This document shows, piece by piece, positions 18,456 to 26,528 of a stretch of DNA of 64,000 nucleotides (position 1 is the first letter of the stretch; each line of letters opens with the position of its first letter). The stretch comes from Alphaproteobacteria bacterium. GTDB taxonomy: Bacteria; Pseudomonadota; Alphaproteobacteria; GCA-2731375. Made by a program: the position numbers and the translations under genes. Location: contig CBDDPY010000002.1 of NCBI GenBank assembly GCA_965232515.1, positions 5,408,001-5,472,000 of the forward strand, in the 5' to 3' direction. The notes beneath the pieces are model-generated. The model made no database searches. It was given only the letters and a program-made list of their open reading frames with translations, and was not told where the DNA came from.

Positions 18456-19297
18456 GGCATCGTCGGTCGGCGCAGCGCGTCGACGATGGCGAGGTAGCCG
18501 GGGTCATCGGGACCGATCAGGCCGTGGCGGATGAAGAAGTCGATCAGCGTCAGGTTGATGTTGAACTTGAAGTCCGTCGTCGTGCGCACGGTCTCCATCA
18601 CCCGGTCGACCGGCCAGAGCATGAACTCGGCGACCTCGCCGTCGGAATTCTGCGGCCGGAAGTCGGCCGGCAGCTCCAGGTCGAAGGTGAATTCGACGTC
18701 CGGCTCCAAGCCGGCCGGCGTTTCGCGGCAGCAGGCGACGGTGCCCACGGGTCGCGCCATTGCGATCAGCTCCGGGGCGACGCCGGCCTCCTCTCGGGCC
18801 TCCTTCATCAAATTTTCCATGACGCCGATGCCGACGGGCTGGCCGCCGCCGATCATGGAATCGAGCTTGCCGGGATCGGTTTGCTTGTCGGCGCTGCGCC
18901 GCGCGACCCAGAGCGACAGGCCGTCCGCCGCTCGGACATAGCCGTTGACCTGCACGCCATAGGCCGTGAAGCCGAAATGCGGCGCGGCCGCGCGTTCGAT
19001 GCCGAGCAGCGACTCCGCGTCGAAAGCCGTCGCCACCGGATACATCTCGTCGCGCCAGCCCGGCAGGTCGAACTGCCGCAGCACCGTGTCGACCGCGGCC
19101 GTCCGGGCGGCATAGTCCGTCAGGTCGGGCGAGAGGCGAACGCCGCCGGCATCGACCGTGAACACATCCGCATGACCGGCGAGCCGCTCGGCGAAGGCCG
19201 GCCGGATCCAGCCGACCCTGTTGTCGCCGACCGCGAACGGCCGGAAGCCGCTCAGGTCGTAGCGGTTGGCCTCGGCGATCCGGTCGAGGAAGCTCAA
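18452..19297 (-). CDS. DUF4743-containing NUDIX hydrolase (Tnr3/YJR142W-like)
   Basis: GWRDEMYPV, ERAAAPHFG, GVQVNGYV, LWVARRS..KQTDPGKLD, KEAREEAG, DGEV, FKFN; TTG start overlapping the upstream TGA. Confidence 0.85.
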   Translation of the reverse strand: MSFLDRIAEANRYDLSGFRPFAVGDNRVGWIRPAFAERLAGHADVFTVDAGGVRLSPDLTDYAARTAAVDTVLRQFDLPGWRDEMYPVATAFDAESLLGIERAAAPHFGFTAYGVQVNGYVRAADGLSLWVARRSADKQTDPGKLDSMIGGGQPVGIGVMENLMKEAREEAGVAPELIAMARPVGTVACCRETPAGLEPDVEFTFDLELPADFRPQNSDGEVAEFMLWPVDRVMETVRTTTDFKFNINLTLIDFFIRHGLIGPDDPGYLAIVDALRRPTMP

Positions 19298-21048
19298 GCG
19301 ATCCGGTCGCCCTTCTTGGCTTGCACGGCCCGGTTGTCGACGCCGGGCAGCATCTTGGTCGGATCGCGCGTGACCACGACGTCGATGATCGTCGGCAGGT
19401 TGCGCTCGGCCATGCCGTCGCGCAGCGCGCCGGCCAGCGCCCCCGGTTCCTCGACCCGGATGCCGTGGCAGCCGAAGGCGTTGGCGATCTCGGCATAGTT
19501 CAGTTCGTTCAGGTCGCTCGACTGGAACTGGCCGCCGAACAGCGCCTGCTGCAACGCCTTCACGTAGCCCGAGGCGGCGTTGTTGACGATGATCAGCGTG
19601 AAGGCGGTGCCCAGACGCTTCGCCGTCTCCATCTCGCCCATCACCATGTTGAAGCCGGCGTCGCCCGTCAGCCCGACCACCGGCCGGTCCGGCGCCGCGA
19701 GCTGCGCGCCCATGGAGCCCGGCATGCCGTAGCCGATCGAGGCGAAGCCGCGATTGGCGATGATGCCGCGTCCGGCCCGCTTGGTGTCGTAGAGCAGGCC
19801 GGTCCAGTGCGCCGCGAAGCCGCCGTCGGTGACGACGATGGCGTCCTCCGGCAGTTCGTTGTTCAGCTCCTGGCACATCCGGGCCATGTTGACCGGCGTC
19901 TCGTCGGAGGTCAGCCGCGGCGTCACTTCCTCGCGCCACGTCGCCATGCGGGACCCGACCTCGGCGGCATAGTCGGCGCGGGCCTGGCGCGCGCCGGCCG
20001 AGCCGTCCGACAGCTCGGCGTGCAGGTCTGATATGCCGGCGCCGACGTCGCCCCACAGCGCCACATCGGTTCGGGCGCAGCGGCCGATCTCCTCGGCGAC
20101 GATGTCGAGATGGATCAGCGGCACGTCCTGCGGCGGCAGGGTGTAGCGCTTGGTGGCGATTTCGCCCAGCTTGCAGCCAACCACGAGAATACAGTCGGCC
20201 GCCTCCAGCAGGTCGTTGGCGATGCGCGAATAGCGGCCGAACAGGCCGGCCGACAGCGGGTGCGTGCAGGGGATGGCGCCCTTGCCGCTCATGGTGTGCG
20301 CGACCGGAATGGCGAAGACGTCGGCGAAGCCGGTCAGCACTTCCTGCGCGCCGCTTAGGTGGACACCGCCGCCGGCAAGGATGACCGGCCGCTTGGCGCC
20401 GGCCAGCAGCTCGGCCGCGCGCTTGACCTCGGCGGCGTCGGGCCGAATGCGGCGGGCCGGGATCGAGATCGTCGCCGGATCGGCGTAGAGATCGTCCTCG
20501 GGGAAGTCGAACTCGCCATGGGCGATGTCTTCCGGCACGTCCAGCAGTACGGGGCCCGGCCGGCCCGACGTCGCCACGGCATAGGCGCGGCGGACATGTT
20601 CCGGAATGCGCTGGATACGTTCGACACGGATCACTTCCTTGACGGTGGGCGCCAGGATCTCGGTCTGCCGCGCCTCTTGCGTCATGTTCTTCCAGGAATA
20701 GTCGCGGTTGGTGTTGCCGGCGAACGCGATCATCGGCACGCCGGCATTCAGCGACTCGACGAGACCCGTCGTCAGGTTGGTGGCGCCCGGCCCGAGCGTG
20801 CCGTCGCACAGGCCCGGCCGGCCGGTGATCCGCGCCCAGGCGTCCGCGGCGAAGGCGCCGCAGCGCTCGTCGTTGATCAGGGTGTGGCTGAGGCCGACCT
20901 GACCGACGGCGTGATAGAACGGCAGCAGTTGAAAGCCGCCCATGCCGAACATCGGCGCGGCCTCGTGCAGCTTCAGCATTTCGGCCAGCGCCCGCCCGCC
21001 GCTCATATTGCGGTGGGGACGGTTCGAAAGGGCGGGGGCGTCAGACAT
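19294..21048 (-). CDS. Thiamine-diphosphate-binding enzyme (acetolactate synthase-like)
   Basis: NDERCGAFAADAWAR, GPGATN, SGRPGPV, GDAGFNM...NN ThDP motif. Confidence 0.9.
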   Translation of the reverse strand: MSDAPALSNRPHRNMSGGRALAEMLKLHEAAPMFGMGGFQLLPFYHAVGQVGLSHTLINDERCGAFAADAWARITGRPGLCDGTLGPGATNLTTGLVESLNAGVPMIAFAGNTNRDYSWKNMTQEARQTEILAPTVKEVIRVERIQRIPEHVRRAYAVATSGRPGPVLLDVPEDIAHGEFDFPEDDLYADPATISIPARRIRPDAAEVKRAAELLAGAKRPVILAGGGVHLSGAQEVLTGFADVFAIPVAHTMSGKGAIPCTHPLSAGLFGRYSRIANDLLEAADCILVVGCKLGEIATKRYTLPPQDVPLIHLDIVAEEIGRCARTDVALWGDVGAGISDLHAELSDGSAGARQARADYAAEVGSRMATWREEVTPRLTSDETPVNMARMCQELNNELPEDAIVVTDGGFAAHWTGLLYDTKRAGRGIIANRGFASIGYGMPGSMGAQLAAPDRPVVGLTGDAGFNMVMGEMETAKRLGTAFTLIIVNNAASGYVKALQQALFGGQFQSSDLNELNYAEIANAFGCHGIRVEEPGALAGALRDGMAERNLPTIIDVVVTRDPTKMLPGVDNRAVQAKKGDRIA

Positions 21049-21883
21049 CGTTGGGGGCTCCTTGACCGGTTACATGGCGGATCACGCGATCCGCGAACGC
21101 TTTTGTTGTCATGCCGACCGCGGCGCCCATGGCCGCGGCGGTGTCGTTGATATGGCTGATGACGCCGGTTTCCCAGACCGAGCGCGCATCGCCGATGCGG
21201 GCGGTGTTGCAATCGACCGTGGCGCCGGCGATGCCGCGCGCGTCCATGACCGGCAGCCGGGTGATGCCGACGCCGTCCTTGCCGACGCCCGCGTCCGAGA
21301 ACACGGCGGCCAGCGCGTCGACCTTGATGGCGGTCTTGGGATCGCCACCCAGCAGGCCGCCGTGGCTGGCGGCAATGACGATCTGGCCGGCGTCATCGGC
21401 GCGCACCAGCGAGACGGAGTCGATGCCCCAGACCTCGGGGCCGCCATCGCTGTCGCGCAGCAGGAAGCGGGACTCCTCGTAAACCGGCGGCTCGCCCTTC
21501 GGCGCTTTCGCGGCCAGCATGGCGCGGGCGCAGTCCATCGCGGATTGGCCGGCTTGGCAGCCGACCCCGGCGGCGGTCTCGTTCACCCGGCTGATCCGGC
21601 CGTTCGCCGCCATGTCGTCGCCGTCGCCAATCCGGGCCGACCGGCAGTCGATGGTGGCGGCCGCGATGCCGATGGCATCCAGGAACGTCAGCGAGCCGCA
21701 GCCCGCCTCGTCCTTGCCGATGCCGGCATCGTTGAGGATCACCGCCCGGGCGCCGGCCTTGGCGGCGAGATAGCCGGCATAGACGCCGCCATGGCTGCCG
21801 CCGATCAGCACCTTGCCGCGATGCTCGGGCCCCAGCTTGGTGACGCTGTCGGCGATGGCGATATCGGGATGGCTCTCGGTCAT
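21041..21883 (-). CDS. Hypothetical protein made of two tandem homologous domains
   Basis: Repeat motifs DSV..SHGG..DAG(I/V)GKD..G..T(I/V)DC..ARIGD..G.IS..N.TAA..G occur twice; overlaps the ThDP gene start by 8 bp. Confidence 0.8.
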   Translation of the reverse strand: MTESHPDIAIADSVTKLGPEHRGKVLIGGSHGGVYAGYLAAKAGARAVILNDAGIGKDEAGCGSLTFLDAIGIAAATIDCRSARIGDGDDMAANGRISRVNETAAGVGCQAGQSAMDCARAMLAAKAPKGEPPVYEESRFLLRDSDGGPEVWGIDSVSLVRADDAGQIVIAASHGGLLGGDPKTAIKVDALAAVFSDAGVGKDGVGITRLPVMDARGIAGATVDCNTARIGDARSVWETGVISHINDTAAAMGAAVGMTTKAFADRVIRHVTGQGAPNDV

Positions 21884-21993
21884 GGTCGGCGGGGCGGTCT
21901 TCAATGGCGGGAGAAAACCTTATACAACATCGGCGGGGTAAGCCATCGGCCGGCGTTGTCGATCGGTCGTGATTTGGTATGGGAGGACGCGTT

Positions 21994-22980
21994 TTGGCCG
22001 AACGGCATCATAATGTCGACGTCGATCGACTGACCCGGCACTACCAGGCGATGTGCCGCATCCGGGCCTTCGAGACCGCGGCGGAGCAGGCCCAGGCCGA
22101 CGGAAAGGTCGGCGGCGCCATTCACCTGTCGATTGGCCAGGAGGCCATCGCCGCCGGGGTCTGCGGCAACCTGCGCACCTCGGACCAGATCACCACCACG
22201 CACCGCGGCCACGGCCACTGCATCGCCAAGGGCACCGATCCGGAAGCGATGATGCTGGAGCTGTTCGGCCGCGACGGCGGCACCTGCGGCGGCAAGGGCG
22301 GCTCCATGCATATCGCCGATTTCTCGGTCGGCATGCTGGGCGCCAACGGCGTTGTCGCCGCCGGTATTCCCATCGCCGTCGGCGCCGCGCACGGCGCCAA
22401 GTTGAAGGGCGAGGACAAGGTCGTGGTCTGCTTTTTCGGCGACGGCGCGGTCAACCGGGGACCGTTTCTGGAAGGGCTGAACTGGGCCAAGGTCTTCGAT
22501 CTGCCAGTGCTGTTCGTCTGTGAGGCGAATTCCTTTGCCTCGACGACCCGCAGCGAGGACGTCACGGCCGGTCCCGGGCCGTCGGCGCGAGCCGAGAGCC
22601 TGGGGATCGAGGCGTTCGATGTGGACGGCAACGACATCGTCGCCGTCGACGATCTCGCCGGCGAGCTCGTGCGCCGCATTCGGGCGGGCGAGGGGCCGAA
22701 ATTCGTCACCGCCCGGACCTACCGGTTGAAAGGTCATACCGCGTCCGATACCGCGCCCTACCGTGAGGCGGCCGAGGTCGAGGCCCGCTGGCAGGAGGAT
22801 CCCATCGCCCGTTGCGCGGCGCTGTTGGCCGATGCCGGCGTGTCGGCGGCCGAGCTGGCGACGATCCGCTCGGACGCCGACGCCGAGATGGCGGCGGCGG
22901 TCGGGACGGCCGAAGCCGCGCCATACCCGCCGATCGCGCACGCCTTCGACGATATCCAGGACGTGGGGGCGCCGGCATGA
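21994..22980 (+). CDS. ThDP-dependent dehydrogenase E1 alpha subunit (AcoA/PdhA-like)
   Basis: HLSIGQEA, THRGHGH, GKGGSMH, FFGDGA, YRLKGH; TTG 21994 after GGAGG (ATG 21979 is an alternative). Confidence 0.92.
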   Translation: MAERHHNVDVDRLTRHYQAMCRIRAFETAAEQAQADGKVGGAIHLSIGQEAIAAGVCGNLRTSDQITTTHRGHGHCIAKGTDPEAMMLELFGRDGGTCGGKGGSMHIADFSVGMLGANGVVAAGIPIAVGAAHGAKLKGEDKVVVCFFGDGAVNRGPFLEGLNWAKVFDLPVLFVCEANSFASTTRSEDVTAGPGPSARAESLGIEAFDVDGNDIVAVDDLAGELVRRIRAGEGPKFVTARTYRLKGHTASDTAPYREAAEVEARWQEDPIARCAALLADAGVSAAELATIRSDADAEMAAAVGTAEAAPYPPIAHAFDDIQDVGAPA

Positions 22981-23954
22981 GCGAGATGACCTATGCCGGC
23001 GCGGCGATGGCGGCGCTGGCCGAAGAAATGCGGCGCGATCCCGCCGTCTGGGCGCTGGGCGAGGATCTGGGGCGCGGCGGCGTCTTCGGTCAGTACAAGG
23101 GCCTGGCCGAGGAATTCGGCCATGACCGCATCGCCTCGACCCCGATTTCCGAGGCTACGATCATGGGCGCCGCGGTCGGCGCAGCCATGGTGGGCACCCG
23201 GCCCGTGGTCGAGATGCGGTTTTCCGACTTCGCGCTCTGCGCGGTCGACGAGATGGTGAACCAGGCCGCCAAGGCGCGGTTCATGTTCGGCGGCCAGGCC
23301 CGCGTGCCGGTGGTGATTCGTCAGCCAAGCGGCATGTGGCGGTCGTCGGCGGCCCAGCACTCGCAGTCGCTCGAGGCCTGGTATGTCCACATCCCGGGCC
23401 TGGTGGTGGTGACCCCGGCAACGCCAGCCGACAACAAGGGCCTGCTGACCGCGTCGATCCGTTGTGACGATCCGGTCATTTACATGGAGCACAAGGGGCT
23501 GTGGGGCGCGACCGGCGAGGTGCCGGACGATGCCGACTTCGAGGTGCCGTTGGGCAGCGCCCGAATCGCCCGCGCCGGCAGCGACATCACCGTGGTCGCC
23601 TGGTCGGCCATGGTGCATGAGGCGATGGCCGCGGCCGATCTTGCCGCCGAAATTGGGCTCGATATTGAGGTGATCGACCTGCGCACGCTCTGGCCCTGGG
23701 ACCGCGCGGCGGTGTGCCAGTCGGTGGCCAGGACCGGCCGGCTGATCGTTGCCCAGGAAGCCGTACAGGTCGGCGGATTCGGCGCCGAAATCGCGGCCAG
23801 CGTGGCCGAAGAGCTGGCTGGCGACCTGAAGACGCCGGTCCGGCGCATGGGTGCGCCGCGGGCGCCGATTTCCTATTCCAAGCCGCTGGAGGACCGGTTG
23901 CGCGTCACCGCGGCGCAAATTGCCGAAACCGCCAAGGAACTCTTGGCGGCTTAA
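22977..23954 (+). CDS. ThDP-dependent dehydrogenase E1 beta subunit
   Basis: LGEDLG, TPISEA, AQHSQS, EHK.L, IDLRTL.PWD, GFGAEI; ATGA overlap. Confidence 0.92.
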   Translation: MSEMTYAGAAMAALAEEMRRDPAVWALGEDLGRGGVFGQYKGLAEEFGHDRIASTPISEATIMGAAVGAAMVGTRPVVEMRFSDFALCAVDEMVNQAAKARFMFGGQARVPVVIRQPSGMWRSSAAQHSQSLEAWYVHIPGLVVVTPATPADNKGLLTASIRCDDPVIYMEHKGLWGATGEVPDDADFEVPLGSARIARAGSDITVVAWSAMVHEAMAAADLAAEIGLDIEVIDLRTLWPWDRAAVCQSVARTGRLIVAQEAVQVGGFGAEIAASVAEELAGDLKTPVRRMGAPRAPISYSKPLEDRLRVTAAQIAETAKELLAA

Positions 23955-24044
23955 CGATTTTGTTGGTTAATTGATCCACTTTACCGAATCGCCAGCGGCG
24001 CGTAGGTTGGAGCCCTACTTGCCGCCCTACTCTGGAGGATGGCG

Positions 24045-25811
24045 ATGAAACCGGGTCTACCCTGGAGCGTGAAGGGGGTCGAACCGGACGCGCGTGAAGC
24101 CGCCAAGGCGGCGGCGCGCCGTGACGGCGTGACGCTCGGCGTCTGGCTTAACCGCACGATCTATGCGAACAGCGCCGAGGATGCGGCGTCGTCTGAGAAC
24201 GCGGATGTATCGTCGAAGCCGGCGGCAGCGGCGCCGACCGCCGATCCGACGGCCGTTACCGCCGCCGATCTGCAGCGGCTCAACGCGCCGCTGATCGCCG
24301 CCGTCCGCAACATCGAGCAGGCGACCTCGCAACTGACCGATCGATTGACCGCGCTGGAGAAGTCCCAGCAGGAAATCACACTGGCGGCGATGCGCGATAT
24401 CGCCAGCGAAGCCGCCCGCGTGGCGGCGGAAGCGGTCGGCCAGCCGGCCGCCGAAAAGCCGGAGCGCGCGCCGGCGGCAAAGGAAGCCGCCCCCAAGGCG
24501 CCGCCACCGCCACCGCCGTCCCCGAGCCCGGCGCCCCGGCATCGCCCGCCCGCGAACGACGATGCCGAGGCCGCCAACGATGCGGCGAAAACGAAGGCTG
24601 GCGACAAAGACAAAAAACCGATGGTGGAACGGGCGGCGAAGGACCTGCCAATGCCCGTCGCGGCCGCCGAGGCCGAAGCGGAGACCGATAAGGATACGGA
24701 GAAGCCGGCGCGGCCATCCGCGATGCGCCGTTTTGCCGTCTGGACCTTCGCGACGGCCGTGCTGGTCGCGGCGCTGCTCTACGGCTACAACACGCTCTTC
24801 CCGGAATGGGCGGTACAGATCTGGCCGGCGCAGGAGCGCATGGCCGCGACCGACGCGCCGCCGGCGACGTCGTCCGCCCCACCGCCGCCGGCGACGACCG
24901 ACGAGAAGGTTGCCGACGTGCCGCCGCCGGCGCCCCTCGATACGGCGGAAAATGAAACGGCATCCGCCGACGCCACGCCGCTCGATCCCGAGGACGTGGC
25001 GCTCGCCAATTCTTACCGCAGCGAGGCCGAGGCCGGGTCGGCGATCGCACAATACAACCTCGCCAACCTCTATGCCGACGGCAAGGGCGTGCCGCAGGAC
25101 GACGACGAGGCGGCGAAATGGTACCTGGCGGCGGCCGAGCAGGATCTGCCGGAGGCGCAGTACAATCTCGGTGTGCTCTACCAGCTCGGCCGCGGCGTGC
25201 CGCAGGATTCGGCGCAGACGCTGCGCTGGTTCTTCAAGGCCGCCGACGAGGGCAACCATATCGGCGCCCAGCACGGCCTTGCCGTGATGTACGCCACCGG
25301 CCGTGGCGTCACACGCGACTACGCTCAGGCAGCGAAGTGGTTCAAGCGCGCCGCCGTCCAGGACCATATGGATTCGAAATACAATCTCGGCATCCTTTAC
25401 GCCCAGGGCCTGGGCGTGCAGGCCGACCCCAGCACCGCTTATGTCTGGTTCAGCCTCGCCGCCAAGCAGGGTGACGAGGAGGCCGGGCGGCGAAGTGACG
25501 ACCTGAAGGCGACGCTGGCCTCGGCCGATGTTGCAGCGGCCGACACGTTCGTCGACAACTGGCGGCCGGGGGCCGACGTCACGGCGGCCGCGCTCGCGCC
25601 GGCAGAACCGGAAGAGCCGACACGCGATGCGGTGCGGCAGGCGCAGCGTCTGCTGTCGCGGCTCGGCTTCGAGCCGGGTCCGGCCGACGGCGTTATCGGC
25701 TCGCGCACCGAGCGTTCGGTGCGCCAGTTCCAGGAGCGCGAGGGTCTGCCGACCGACGGCCGCATTTCGGCCACCCTGCTCGACCGCCTGAAGCAGGCCG
25801 CGGAAAGCTAG
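24045..25811 (+). CDS. podJ: PodJ-like polar organelle development protein (short form; TM, Sel1 repeats, PG-binding domain)
   Basis: N-terminal PWSVKGVEPDAREAAKAAARRDGVTLGVWLN typical of PodJ; one TM; AQYNL Sel1 repeats; C-terminal LGFEPGPADGVIG..T...FQ. Confidence 0.75.
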   Translation: MKPGLPWSVKGVEPDAREAAKAAARRDGVTLGVWLNRTIYANSAEDAASSENADVSSKPAAAAPTADPTAVTAADLQRLNAPLIAAVRNIEQATSQLTDRLTALEKSQQEITLAAMRDIASEAARVAAEAVGQPAAEKPERAPAAKEAAPKAPPPPPPSPSPAPRHRPPANDDAEAANDAAKTKAGDKDKKPMVERAAKDLPMPVAAAEAEAETDKDTEKPARPSAMRRFAVWTFATAVLVAALLYGYNTLFPEWAVQIWPAQERMAATDAPPATSSAPPPPATTDEKVADVPPPAPLDTAENETASADATPLDPEDVALANSYRSEAEAGSAIAQYNLANLYADGKGVPQDDDEAAKWYLAAAEQDLPEAQYNLGVLYQLGRGVPQDSAQTLRWFFKAADEGNHIGAQHGLAVMYATGRGVTRDYAQAAKWFKRAAVQDHMDSKYNLGILYAQGLGVQADPSTAYVWFSLAAKQGDEEAGRRSDDLKATLASADVAAADTFVDNWRPGADVTAAALAPAEPEEPTRDAVRQAQRLLSRLGFEPGPADGVIGSRTERSVRQFQEREGLPTDGRISATLLDRLKQAAES

Positions 25812-26509
25812 ATTTCGACCAACCGTCGAGAGGCGACGCGGTGAATGGCGCCGCGGCCGAGCATGTGCGCGTGGAAAGCGCTGGGGAACAGCCCGTGAAA
25901 GGCCGTGTCGAGGACGTCGAGGCCGCCCGTGAAGGCGCCGAACGACGGCAGGATCAGGCGCAGGCCGTCGGTCACGAAGCAGCGCCGCACCATGCGCCGG
26001 CCGCGCACCCGCACCGCCGCCTTCGGGTGCAGATGCCCGGCCACTTCACCCGGCGCCGGGGCCGGCTGCGGCTCGTGCCGCAGCAGCAGCGGACCGCGGC
26101 GGTATTCCTCCAGCACCCGGCCGCCGAGATGCGCCGGCGGTTCGGGATCGTGATTGCCGGCGATCCAGATCCAGTCGCGGCCCTCGCGCAGGGCTTTGAG
26201 CCGAATCACGTCTTCCCGGGCCAGCCGCTCGCCGGCCCGGCGGTCGTGAAAGCTGTCGCCGAGACAGACGACGGTCTGGGGTTGGTGCCGTTCGATCAGA
26301 TCCGCGAGATCGTCCAACGTCGCCGGCGTGTCATAGGGCGGCAACGGCACGCCGCGCTCGGCATAGGCCGAGCCCTTCTCGAAATGCAGGTCGGCCGCGA
26401 TCAGCAGCGACTCCGCCGGCCAGAACAGGCCGCCGGACAGGTCGGGCTCAAGACGCGCGCCGTTGACGATCATGGCGAATCTTCTAGCCGCGCCGTTTGG
26501 CGAGGGCAA
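25808..26509 (-). CDS. pdeM: Ligase-associated DNA damage response metallophosphoesterase
   Basis: ADLHFEKGS, PPYDT, LGDSFHD, GNHD, HEP, GHLHP, PSFGAFTGG; start may be ATG 26473. Confidence 0.9.
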   Translation of the reverse strand: MPSPNGAARRFAMIVNGARLEPDLSGGLFWPAESLLIAADLHFEKGSAYAERGVPLPPYDTPATLDDLADLIERHQPQTVVCLGDSFHDRRAGERLAREDVIRLKALREGRDWIWIAGNHDPEPPAHLGGRVLEEYRRGPLLLRHEPQPAPAPGEVAGHLHPKAAVRVRGRRMVRRCFVTDGLRLILPSFGAFTGGLDVLDTAFHGLFPSAFHAHMLGRGAIHRVASRRLVEI

Positions 26510-26528
26510 TGTTGTTCGAAAACGCTAA

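Noticed and set aside
18452-20809. 785-aa ORF suggesting a frameshift fusion of the ThDP enzyme and Nudix
   Set aside because: The N-terminal part is Arg/Gly/Pro-rich off-frame text; a TTG start overlapping the upstream TGA explains the Nudix by translational coupling (same logic for 12344-13762, 58995-60482 and 59687-61906)
23951-23970. TTAA...TTAA upstream of the podJ-like gene as a CtrA box
   Set aside because: Spacing is 12, not 7, and the first TTAA includes the E1 beta stop codon; at most a half-site
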